Of a stretch of 64,000 nucleotides of DNA, positions 1 to 11,529 are shown one piece after another (position 1 is the first letter of the stretch; each line of letters opens with the position of its first letter). Where the stretch lies: positions 12,958,001-13,022,000 of the forward strand of contig NC_135813.1 in NCBI RefSeq assembly GCF_964213995.1, given 5' to 3'. The notes below the pieces were generated by a model. It saw nothing but the letters and a program-made list of their open reading frames with translations. It was not told where the DNA came from and searched no databases. Source of the stretch: Mustelus asterias (Eukaryota). The position numbers and the translations under genes were made by a program.

Positions 1-811
1 CTCTGAAGTAATTTAAGGGCCCTGCATCAATAATGCCTTGTGACAGGGAATTCCCCATTCTAACCAACCCATGTAGAAGTCTGTTCCTTGTTACCATGCG
101 TTTGCAATGATCTTAAATTTCAGGTCTGCTTATTAGCGTCTCATTGATTAGTGGAAACAAGCTATCACTATTCTATCTGACTATAACCCTTCAATCAATA
201 AATCCTCATCTCTGACAACATCCTAGATCATCAATTTTGCACCTTTTCCATCACTCTGATAACTTTCCTATAAGAGAACAATAAAAACTTTACAGGACGC
301 AGCGGATGTTCCAATTGCAGCCAAACTAATTTTGTACGCATGTTACCACTATGGTTTTTGTATTCTATGCCACTAGGAGGATTCTGTTTACCATTTTTAC
401 GGCTTTATTTACAGTTGCTGATCTGTACTGTTGCACGTCAAGATCCCTCTTTCCCCCTACTCCAGTGGTTTCCCAAAGTGTGGTCTGCGTAAGGGTCCTG
501 CAGATGGCCAGCGGGCCAATGTGAAGTGCAAGACACTGAAACGCAATGCTATGGCCAAAGCCATATGAGAGAACAGAGTAGAGCCCTCATCACCACCACT
601 CGCACAACACTACACAACAAAACTGGCTCCAGCAAGCACCGCATGAGTCTTCATAAGCACAACAATGTAGTGTTATAGGCAAGATTTGTGTTATTGTTGC
701 ACCATACAACTGCGGGATCAGATTTTTAGCATTTTTGCGGCTGAAGACAAAGAAACCAGCTGAATAGTGGAGCCCAATGTGAAACTGAAACAAATGAGTA
801 TAATATATAGA

Positions 812-1080
812 ATTATAGAAATTATAGAAACCCTACAGTGCAGAAACAGGCCATTTGGCCCATCGAGTCTGCACCGACCACAATCCCACCCAGACCCTAC
901 CCCCATACCCCTATATATTAACCTGCTAATCCCTCGAACCTACACATCTCAGTATACTAAGGGGCAATTTTAGCATGGCCAATCAACCTAACCCGCACAT
1001 CTTTGGACTGTGGGAGGAAACCGGAGCACCCGGAGGACACGAGGAGACACAGACATTGACCCAAGCCGGGAATCGAACCC
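812..1080 (-). mobile_element. HE1-like tRNA-derived SINE, CR1-type tail, 5' truncated
   Basis: B-box GGTTCGATTCC on the minus strand; family core CTCCCACAGTCCAAAGATGTGCGGGTTAGG; tail CTGCACTGTAGGGTTTCTAT. Confidence 0.85.
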
Positions 1081-1083
1081 AAG

Positions 1084-1199
1084 GAGAAGAGTCATACATT
1101 AACTCTTGTTTCTCTCTCTTCAGATACTGCCAGACCTGCTGAGTTTTCCCAGCGTTCTGTTTTCATTTCAGATTTCCAGCATCTGCTTTTGCTTTTATT
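1084..1199 (+). mobile_element. Short Penelope-derived-like repeat fragment (family 2)
   Basis: CAGATACTGCCAGACCTGCTGAGTTTTCCCAGC...TTTCAGATTTCCAGCATCTGC, related to copies at ~29097, ~53053 and ~58760. Confidence 0.55.
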
Positions 1200-1349
1200 A
1201 CAAGACTGAAGCTCTCTAGGTTGGAACCAGACTCACCTCATTGGGATCTCAACACTATTCTCCCATTAAAACTGATGAGTTTTTTTTGTGATGGCAAGCA
1301 AAAGCAGGCGGGGTGGGACCAATGCATGGTCCGTGGAACATTTTGCCAC

Positions 1350-1547
1350 GCACAGTAAGTAGTCTCACAACACCAGGTTAAAGTCCAACAGGTTTATTTG
1401 GTAACACGAAGTACTGCCCCTACATCAGGTGAGGGGGCAGTGCTCTGAAAGCTCGTGCTATCTAATAAACCTGTTGGACTTTAACCTAGTGTTGTGAGAC
1501 TACTTACTGTGCATTACCCAGTCCAATGCCGGCAACTCCTCATCATT
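1350..1547. mobile_element. Penelope-like terminal repeat, palindromic mini-element
   Basis: Arms 1350-1409 and ~1454-1512 are reverse complements; same family as 23695-24490 and 62268-62404; degenerate hammerhead remnants in the centre. Confidence 0.85.
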
Positions 1548-2815
1548 TAGCCATGCTTAAGTGAACTGCGGACGAAAACGTTTGAGAATCACTGCTCTAC
1601 CCAACATAAAATCTGACCACTCAAGGTGTATTTATATTAAAAAATACACCTAATCTTAATTTTAAAATATAGTACTTCACATTTTTTCTACTTATTTTTC
1701 GGCATCCAACTATTGGCTGTGGTGTTAAGTGCCTCTGGAATCCACATTGCATTAGGCTGACTGTTACCTGCTTTTGCACTTGTTCCTTTCCTTCAGTTCA
1801 TCTGAATGAACACTTGCCGATCTCCCCAATGGAGCATTACATACAACACTCCAGGACCCTACCTCGCATAAAAGCTTTCCCTTCGATTGACTAATCATTT
1901 CAATTTTAGCACAGCTCTCATCCCAAGTTATAGATTGATGTTTAAAATGATTTAGCCGGTCACTGAGTTGGTCAAGGGCTGTTAGTTTGCGCTTGAAGAG
2001 AAAAGGCTCTTCAAATAAGTGCAATTCATTGTAGGGACACATCCTAGAAGTTCAAAATCCCTGTTGACAATTAACTGTTTAAGTGGGAAGATGGAATCCA
2101 CTGAAGGTGAATTTTGATGAACCTTCACTCCATTAATCTTTTACTCAACCCTAAACACAATGCAGGCTTACAGTCTCTTAATGGGAAAACAAATGGAGCA
2201 ATAATGTGTATTTCCATAGATGATGCATTATAGTCAATGCAAAATAAAAGCTTGTAAAGTTGTCACTATTGAATATATTTCCTATTGGTAAGTCTAGCAG
2301 AAATAGTACAATACTGAGTTTTTTCAAGCAGGTATTATTAATCTGTTCAAAATAAAATAAAGCAATTGATTCAACAATTCCAAAGCTCCCCAGCCATCTT
2401 CCACATTCCATTATCTTAAGCTCATCCAAAATTCTACGACCCAGACCCTAAATCGCACCAACTCTTGTTCATTCATCTTCCCCATACTCAGGAATCTATA
2501 TTGGCTTCTGGTTTAGCAACTCACTGATTTTGACATTCTTATCCTTGCTTTCAAATACCTTCCATATCATTGCTCCTCCCTAACTCTGTAGCTCTCTAAT
2601 ATCACTTTATTTTGCTCAGTGTCAAATTTAGTGCAATAGTGCTTCTGTGAAGTGCCTTGGGGCTTTTAATGCAACAAAGATGCTATGTAATGCAAGTTGT
2701 GTTTGTTAACTGCAGTAGAAAGAGGTGAGATGCACATACCTGAACTTTATCAATTGGAAATAAATCTCCATTCTTAAAAAAAAAACAATATTTCATAGAC
2801 TGGAATGAATTTATA

Positions 2816-3112
2816 GGCAGTATGGCGGTACAGTGGTTAGCACTGCTAGCTTGCAGTACCAGAGATCCGGGTTCGATTCCCGGCTTGGGTCAGTGTCTGT
2901 GCGGAGTCCGCATGTTCTTCTCGTGTCTCCAGGTGCTCCAGTTTCCTTCCACAGTGCAAGAGACGTGCTGGTTAGGTGGATTGGCCATGCTAGATTTTCC
3001 CTCAGTGTGCCCGAACAGGCATCAAAGTGTGGTGACTAGGGGATTTTCACAGTAACTTCATTGCAGTGTTAATGTAAGCCTACTTGTGGCACTAATAAAT
3101 AAGCTTAAACTT
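2816..3112 (+). mobile_element. HE1-like SINE, alternative (Rex-like) tail
   Basis: tRNA-like head CAGTGGTTAGCACTGC...GGTTCGATTCCC; tail TTTTCACAGTAACTTCATTGCAGTGTTAATGTAAGCCTACTTGTGGCACTAATAAA. Confidence 0.9.
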
Positions 3113-4227
3113 TGGTCAAGTCAACTTACAATCAACAAGCATAACTGTTCTTTAAGACGGGGAAATCTTTGTACTGAGGTGTATAGGCTCTGGAAACGAG
3201 AAAGCAGCAAAAGACTAAAAGATGGGTCAGTGACTCATTTGGGAGCAGTCTGTATTTAGATTAGATGAGGAGCGTAGACATTTATCTCAGGGACCACTCT
3301 CCAGAATCCTCAATGATGTGAGGTGAGATATTACTGGAGACAGGGTGACTTATAAAAGGTTTGGGGAAATTAAAAGTGGCATTGCAAGGGGTGGGGTGGG
3401 GTGGGGGGGGGAGGGGGGAGTCAAAAGAGAATGTTTAAAAAGGGGGCATCTGATAATTCACCTTAACAAGGACCACCTAAAAGAAGTAAAGCTAAAAAGA
3501 GAGGGAGTGGGCAACTAAGAATTAGAGGGGAATCCCAGAAAGTATTGAAACTAAACGGAGAGAACTAAAACAATCATTCAGAATTAGGATGGAAGATGAA
3601 TGGTGAGCTTACCACAGGAAAGAGATGGGGAAGAATTAAAAACATGTCTCGTCGGTCAGGATTTTGAACTCTCCTCCTTATATTTCCTTCTTTAGCTCAA
3701 GATCCAGCTCTTTTACACCTTTATGAAGCACCTTCTGAAACTTTTCTGTGCAATATAAATGTAAAATATTATCCTCAGAAGCTTAAGGAAAGAGTTACAC
3801 AGCCTTGCTGAGTAAAGGAACGCCAGGGCAGGCAAAAAACCTGGGAATTGCTGAGGACAATGAGCAGCACTGGAGTTAATCGAGTGAATCATCATAGATT
3901 AATGATTTGGACAGATCTCAAGTTGTGAGTGTAACAAATGGAGACCAATATCGCGAGATGTAAGAAATCGAGACACGTATTGCGGGTGCATTTAAGCAGA
4001 AGCCACAGAAATAGGATATGTTGATGGAGTTATGTGAAGAGAGTGGGAGGAGGCTCATGTTAAACATAGACAACAGCATCAACCTAATGGCTTGCACTCT
4101 AAATACTTTGTAATACTACAGTGTTCAGAAAAAAAACAAGGGAGTGAGTGTAGTGGATGGAAGAGTACAGAAAAGGTAGATTAAAAAAAGATCAGAGGAG
4201 GACAAAGGATTAAAGATTCAATCTAAT

Positions 4228-4530
4228 GGTGGCACAGTGGTTAGCACTGCTGACTCACAGCGTCAGGGACCGGAGTTCAATTCTAGCCTTGGCTGACTGT
4301 CTGTGTGGAATTTGCATGTTCTCCCTGTGTCTTTGTGGGTTTCCTCTGGGTGCTCCGGTTTCCTTCCGCGGTCCAGCGATCTAGAGATTAGGTGCACTGG
4401 CCAAGATAAATTGCCCCTTAGTGTTGGAGGATTAGGGTAAATACATGGGATTATGGGGATAGAGCCTGTTGTCAGTGTAGGCTCAATGGGCCAAATGGCC
4501 TCCTTCTGTACTGTAAGGCTTTTATAATTC
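4228..4530 (+). mobile_element. HE1-like SINE, CR1-type tail
   Basis: Head GGTGGCACAGTGGTTAGCACTGC; tail ATGGGCCAAATGGCCTCCTTCTGTACTGTAAG. Confidence 0.9.
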
Positions 4531-5066
4531 TAAATCAAATGTCAGAAAATTCTCCACACGAAGTATGATCAACACATGGAATGAACTTCCTTTCAGGATA
4601 GTGGCAATGTAGACACTGAAAGAACACAAGGAACAATTAGATGCTACAATGGGAGGAATCTTTCTGGATGTGTGAACTAAAATGTATCGATTGGCTTATA
4701 TCACCCATATTTACCCATGAAATAAAAATGTAATGTTCACTTTTCAATGTTGTAAAAATTATGCCATCTATTTAACATTATATTATGTCAGTTTTTGTTT
4801 CCTGGCTCCTCCATCCTGACAATGTTGATGCCTTCAAGGAAAGTGTTGGTCACCCATTTTACATCTCAGCCAAGTGGCTGTTACTCATGATAGCATGTTA
4901 GCAGGTAAATCAAACACGAAGGCATCACAACTGTGCATGATCTGTGCATCGCTCCTCTTTGCAACATCTATACTGATACAGCAGGACTCATAGAATAATA
5001 GTATTACATTACATAGAAGGAAGCTATTCGGCCCATCATGCCTGTGCCAGTTCTTTGAAGGGCTAC

Positions 5067-5396
5067 TGATGCGCGTTATCACACACGAGGCTTGAGATGC
5101 TCAGGAAATAAAGGCTTTTATTTGCTGTTACAACGAAGCTACTAATTATATACACGATCCCAGACTGAGGGGTCCCAGACAGAGCAGTGACCTTTATACC
5201 TCTCCCAGGAGGCAGAGCCTGACTGGGATGTACCATAATAACTATAATACAAGGTGTAACAGCCCAACCCTAACCCCAACAGCAACAAGTAGAACAACCC
5301 ATCCCTAACCCCAACAGCAACATATATACATACTTGTAGTACTGGCCAGACCCTGGCTCAGTACTATCTAGTGGGAACCAACAATGGTTCACCACA
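5067..5396 (-). mobile_element. Solo LTR (330 bp)
   Basis: TG...CA termini with a perfect 5-bp TSD GCTAC (5062-5066 and 5397-5401); minus-strand TATAAA upstream of AATAAA; inserted in a CR1 3' tail. Confidence 0.85.
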
Positions 5397-6138
5397 GCTA
5401 CCAAATCAGTTTCCACTCCCCAGCTCTTTCTCCATGATCTTGTAAACGTTTTCTCTACAAGTATTTATCAAATTCCATTCTGAAAGTTACTATTGAATCT
5501 ATATTGACCACTCCTTGAGGCAGTGCATTCCAGGAAGGTCTGTAAAATTAAATGCCTCACGTTGTCTTTACTGTCACAGATTCAGTCCATAGTTAATGGC
5601 TTCAAACAAGTCCCCAGTTAACTTTGAAGAGCTTTCATGGAATGAACAAGGTGGATTTTTCTTGCTTGCAGAATCAGTGACAGGGGTTATCAATTTAAAA
5701 TTATTACAGAGAAAGTGTAAAGAACAGGATAAACATTCAAAGCTGAGGAAGATGCAAGTCTAGAAGAGGACAGCACAATAGTCTTGAATTTGTCGAGCAA
5801 AAATGCAGCTCAGATCTACAAAGAAGAGACAACGGATGTGAGGGAATGGAGGAACAGTTAATCAGAGCGATGAAAGTAGCACAGTTTATTTGAAGTAAAA
5901 TATAGACCTACCAATCAAATCATATAATCCTGCATAGCCCCCGTAAGAGCAGGAAAAGACCATTAACTCCTGCAAATGCATCACTTTTCTATGAATTGAC
6001 ATCAGCTGCTGATCTTCTCGCCATATCCTTTGTGAGTATCACTATATAATTGTTCCATAACATTTGATTTTCAGAGGAAGGGTGGAGGGGAGGTGAAAGT
6101 ATTTTGAAAGGTTGAGGGTACCATCACATTCATCCTAA

Positions 6139-7351
6139 TGTTACGATCCTAGCTGATGTTACTATTGGACAGTCAGATCCCAGAATGGAACCCTGGCTCA
6201 ATAGTCCGTAACTTTTAGTTTTTGTTCAGAGCCATGGATGAACAGAGGCATAGGACTACCAATTACCGTTTAACAAAAGTTATAACTCGTTCATTAAGCA
6301 TGAAAAAAATGACTATAATACCTTCACCCCACCAATATCTTCACAGATGTACACAGATTTTTAAGAATAACACAAGTTACAAAATATATCTTAAAATATA
6401 ATGTTGTAAGCACACAATCCATGTAAACCAACAGGCCAACTGCAGTCAAACACAACGCTCTGAAATCTAGTGGCAGATACTATGCAATGGAACTTCTGTG
6501 GATTTTTCATCAAATCCCCCCAGTTGCTTTTCAGACTTGAGTCAGCTGACCTCACTGGAACTTGGGCTTTCACCCAAGTGTTTCCAAATGTCAATACCAG
6601 AAAAACACACCTTGGAATCTTCTACCATGCCATCACCAAGATCCACATCCAGGATTTCAAACTGTCCTTTTAATATTCCTCTGTCCAGGATTGCCACATG
6701 CATTCAAGCATCCACGCAATCTCTCAGACACCCAGCCACACCAGCAGAATATTACTGCTTCACAGGCTGTGTTAAGATGTCACCAAACTTTTGATTTACT
6801 TCAGATATCTGGCTTCCTACTTTAAATCTGGTTCTTGTAGCTATCTCTCTAACTCAGAGCACTTTCTCTGTTTTTTTTACTTTAACTTCACCTCATGGGA
6901 ACTTGTTTAACTTTTTGTTTCTTTAACTTAACTGCCTTCCAGAGATATTCTTTTTGTCCCAATTCCCCGATTTCTGGACTTTTGTTCATTTGGGAAGTCT
7001 GCTTTTTGCAGCTCCCTGGTCCTGTCCAGCTCCTTCTGGAATCCAGCTGAAAACTAAACTCAAACATTCTTTCTAACCTAGGGCGGTTCCTGGTCGCTAA
7101 GCAACGGCTAAGTTTTTTTTACCTCTATAATTGCTTTTACGTCGTAAACTTTTAATTACGTTGCTCGCCCAGGTTGAAATGAAACCAAAAACAACAGACA
7201 TGCAGCCACCTTTGTTTGAGATGTAGCTGGCTAAAGATTTAACCTTTTCTGACACAGAAGCACAAAATTAAACTTACTTAAAGTTATAACTTATTTCTAC
7301 TACCCACAAGTACGAATATACATTACTTAAATCTACCTTTGTTTCCTGACA
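6139..7351 (-). mobile_element. Probable long solo LTR (~1.2 kb)
   Basis: Begins TGTTACGATCC and ends TTCCTGACA; no coding capacity; no clear TSD; orientation is a guess. Confidence 0.45.
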
Positions 7352-7693
7352 CAAGTGGTTTGCTTCAGAACAACAATGATTGAATCCTGAAAACACATTA
7401 GAGTAAGCAAATAGAACATGGATGACCAACCTAAAAGAGGATAAGATTCAAATACACAAAATAAGTCCACCATCTTGACTGTGATGCACCACTTTAGGAG
7501 CAGACTGCTCTTGAAAGAGTGGGATGTAGTGGGAGCTGACTGACAAGGCATTTGCCTTTTACTTCATTATAGTTAGCCATTTTCATGACATTAAATAAAA
7601 GTAAATCAGTCAAAAAGCAGAGAGGCTGTATTAGTTTTACAATCTTGAACACTTTTTCCAACATCTGAAAGAAAGACCGTAAGATGTGCAATG

Positions 7694-7908
7694 GTCCGGC
7701 TAAATTCTCCCTCAGTGTACCCGAACAGGTGCCAGAGTGTGGCGACTGGGGGTTTTCACTGTAACTTCATTACAATGTTAATGTAAGTCTACTTGTGACA
7801 CTAATCAATAAATAGAAATCCTGTAACCTTACAGCGAAGGGAAAGTAGTTTATTTATTAGTGCTACAAGTAGGCTTACATTAACATTGCAATGAAGTTAC
7901 TGTGAAAA
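7694..7908. mobile_element. Two HE1-like SINE tail fragments in inverted orientation
   Basis: 7694-7812 (+) and 7847-7908 (-) both match the Rex-like SINE tail. Confidence 0.75.
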
Positions 7909-8819
7909 TGATCCCCCCATTGTGTGCCCAGTCTCCTGACCAAGAGTCCAATAAAGAAACCTCCAAATTGTTTATGAAAGAATCAATGATTGGAATTTTC
8001 CAGATTTAGTCATTGGGGGGTGCAGCTAAAGAAACCTTTCTATTATTAATAAGGTAATTATATAATTGCAATCACAATATAGATACTAATGTGTTGGGGA
8101 AGCTATAGGTAAGTAAATGAGGGAGAAAGGAAAAGAAAGATTATGCCAAAAGGGTGAGATGATGGAGTACAAACACCGGTTTAAGCCATTGGGCCAAATG
8201 TTTGCGTAACTCTTGGTATCTGGTTACTTGGCTTATTTCATTCCATAGAAACCAACAATGAATAACTCTTTATCATCATTTGTGCAGTTCATGGCCCAAA
8301 GCACTTACAGAGCAGCTGGGGCACCCAGTGGGATGAGAGAGACAAAGCGGTACAAGCCCTTATTACAACAACCGACTGCTTCTGAAATGATTCCGTGACT
8401 TTTGTGACCATGACTACCTGGAAATCTGTTCATGAGTCCGGTCCCTCTTTGTACAAAGAAACACTCACTGGGCATCAATTTGCCTTTTGTCCACGGTCAG
8501 TCCATCAAAGGTCACACAATACCTGCTACCAAAAGTGTTGACCCACTCTCATGCTCTGTCAATCATTACTTTTTAGCCTGATGGTAGGAAACAGAGGGGA
8601 AAGGTGGGGAGGGGGGGGGGGTTTGGAAATAAATTGCCTTCTTGTTTTTTTTGTTACCTGTGGAGAACTGTGAGCTGGAGTGTACCTGTTGCTACTTTTA
8701 CATCTCTCCACAACTGAGAGAAGAATCAGAGCAACATGGAGGAGAGTAAGTCTGCACCACCTGTAATCTTACTTTATAAATGTTGCTGAGAGTTCCCCTG
8801 ATAGCCTTGTGATTAAAAG

Positions 8820-9830
8820 GGTCTCTTCATGTGAAAAGAGAAGGCTGACTGGTGACCTTATAAAGGTCTTTAAAAGCATGAAAGATTTGGATAGAGTAGA
8901 CACAGCAGGACTGTTTTCACATGGGAAAAGGCAAGGCTGGAAGCTGTCAATATTAGACAGTCACCAAGAAATCAAATGGGGAATTTAGGAGAAACTCTTT
9001 ACCCCAGAGAGCAGTGAGAATATAGAACTTGCTACTACAGAGGGTAGCTAAGGCCAATATTTTGGTAGTATAGATATGCTTAAAAGCAAGCTAGCTAAGT
9101 ATATTAGGGAGAAGGGAATAGAGAGTTACGCTGCTAATTAGACAAGATGAGAGATGTTGGAGTGGAGCATAAATGGGCTAGTTGGGCCAATGGCCAGTTG
9201 CTGTAGTTGAGGTCCTGCACTGGGGAGAGCTGGGTGGAAAACAAAACAATAAAATTGTTCCGACACTCATCTGATGACTGTATTTAGTTTTGGGCATCAC
9301 ATCTCATGAAAGATATATTACTCTGAAAAGAATGCTACACAGAATTATGATGTGGGGATGCCGGCGTTGGAAGGGGCTTAAGGAAGGGGTGTGGCTTTTG
9401 CTACCAAATAAACCTGTTGGACTTTAACCTGGTGTTGTTAAACTTCTCACACAGAATTATACCAGGGCTTAAGGTTGTATAATCATGGCTTAAGTTTGAT
9501 GGGTGATCAAATTGACTTGTTTAAAATGGAAGTGAGATTCAGTAGGGTTGTTACTATTTCCTCTGGCAAGCAAATCCAGAACCACATTAAAATGATAGAT
9601 ACACCATTTTGGAGTGAAATCAGGAAACACACATTTTCAGACAAAGGATACAGAAATTTGTACTGCTCTCCCTGAAGAAACTGGATACTGGAAATTTTGA
9701 GCAATGAGATTGATAGGTGGCTGTTGGGTAACAACCTCACAGGATATGGATAAATAGAATTCAGGTACAGATCTGCTATGATCTAGTTAAATGATGCAAC
9801 AGGCTTGAATGGTCGAATGGCCTAATCCTG
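8820..9830 (+). mobile_element. Degenerate CR1 LINE 3' fragments
   Basis: Decayed RT C-terminal sequence (AGAGAAGGCTGACTGGTGACCTTATAAAGGTCTTTAAA) and CR1 tail motifs. Confidence 0.6.
9349..9448. mobile_element. Truncated, rearranged Penelope terminal-repeat insertion
   Basis: GATGTGGGGATGCCGGCGTTGG joined to GCTACCAAATAAACCTGTTGGACTTTAACCTGG; 12-bp TSD ACACAGAATTAT at 9337-9348 and 9449-9460. Confidence 0.8.
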
Positions 9831-9869
9831 ATCCAATGTTGTCGTACATGCTCAGGTATTAAAGATGTG

Positions 9870-10006
9870 GACAGGAATTCTCCGACGTCGTATGCCCCAC
9901 CACCACTGCCAGCAAGAATGGAGAATTTGGCGCTCAGCCAGATTTCCCATCTACAGCAGTGGGACTGGAGAATCCCAGCCGTGGACGAGGTCAGGGAATC
10001 CCGGTC
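9870..10006. mobile_element. PIF/Harbinger-like MITE
   Basis: Imperfect TIRs GGACAGGAATTCTC / GGGAATCCCGGTC; GC-rich interior. Confidence 0.45.
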
Positions 10007-11269
10007 ATGATCTATGCACCCAATTTTCAGCAAAATGAGGGATGTAGGCTGTACAATTTGGAACATTTTAAGGTGACTTGGAAAACTTTCAGCACTGATG
10101 CGATCATCGCATTCTTTGTACAACAGCAAATGTCACTCTTTCATTCCTGGTTGTGTATCGAAGCAAGAACAACAGTGCATCGACACAATTATCACATTGA
10201 TAGTCCCCTGAAGCCCAAGGTCAACAACTAGGTCACACACCAAATGCATTGTTCACTGAAAGCAAGACTGCAAACTGTTCCCTTGTGAACCATTTCCAGC
10301 AATCATCATCATCACAGTGGCATGTAAGAACATCATTTTCTTAATTTCAATTTAAAAATAATGATCTGGGAACTAACTGGGAGTCTGATCCAAGTGGTGT
10401 GCATGGACTGTGTAAATTTCTGTGCTTGTTATTTAGGTTTACTGTGTGTCTTTCAAAATCATCTACTGTTTTCATGAGTTTTAGCGATTTCAAAATAAAA
10501 TTTTATTTTCACTGATTTTCTCTGGATTTATCTCGTCCTTTGAGATCTAAATTTTCTATTTAATTTCTCCCTTTTTACACTGAACAATAAAACCTGAGAA
10601 AACACAGGTTTTTAAATTGTTCATCGGAAACTGATTTAGAAGATCCTTAATTATACAGAGAGTAACTTGGCAGAAAATGTGCCTTTATGAACTTTGGGGG
10701 GGGCCGTTGAAGGACACTGGGTTGATAATGGGCAGTGGCCCATAATTGCTGATCTCCCAAGGTTAGCTGCACCAAAACAGGCACTTTTCTCCACTTCCTG
10801 AAGATTGTATTGACAAATACAATCAGCTCATGGAGTTCAGCTTTCTCACCTCGTTGACCTCCTGAAAAGATGGGATAAATGCTGTAGTTTTTAACCCTGT
10901 GGAGGCTGAATGTTACAGAGATGCATGAAAGAGATCAGAAACTTATTGCATTCAAACAGAAATAAAACGCGCGGCGGGGATACCCTGAGAGAGCTGATAC
11001 AGGATTTATCTGAACCTGCATTTTCTGCCAAGTACTGATCAATCTTTTGGTGGCAATCAGCAAGGTGAATTTATGAGGCTGGATGTATCTGCACTTTTCC
11101 ATCTCCCCAGTTTTCCATTACTTTTGGTACATGGTGCAAGGGCCTGCATTTTAGAATGGGAATGACCCTGGTAACGTTAATAACTTACAGTTTTAATTTC
11201 ATCTTTTAACACAGACACTATGATAAAGCAGATGGTATCAGATGGGTTACCAGAAGCTTGGTCAAATTG

Positions 11270-11529
11270 GTTTGATTCCCGGCTGTCTGTGCGGAGTCTA
11301 CACATTCTCCCCGCATCTGAGTAGCTTTCCTCCGGGTGCCCCGGTTTCCTCCAGGTGCTCCAGTTTCCTTCCACAAAAGACGTGCTGGTTTGGTGCATTG
11401 GCCATGCTAAATTCTCCCTCAGTGTACCTGAACAGGCACCAGAGTGTGGCGACTAGGGGATATTCATAGTAACTTCATTGCAATGTTAATGTAAACCTAC
11501 TTGTGACACTAAATAAACTTTAAACTTTG
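11270..11529 (+). mobile_element. HE1-like SINE, Rex-like tail, 5' truncated
   Basis: Family core and tail ...CTACTTGTGACACTAAATAAACTTTAAACTTT. Confidence 0.85.

Larger units (their letters stand above)
463..1594. mobile_element. Non-autonomous hAT (Charlie-like) DNA transposon remnant with nested insertions
   Basis: Termini CAGTGGTTTCCCAAAG and revcomp CAGTGATTCTCAAACG; degenerate 8-bp TSD ccctactc/ctctaccc; interrupts an old minus-strand CR1 remnant. Confidence 0.55.

Noticed and set aside
7338-7387. Minus-strand exon-like segment DSIIVVLKQTTCVRKQR
   Set aside because: Its donor lies within the end of the probable LTR; likely coincidental.
8736-8751. Plus-strand ATGGAGGAGA|gtaagt start-exon look-alike
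   Set aside because: No compatible downstream exon giving a long or recognisable ORF.
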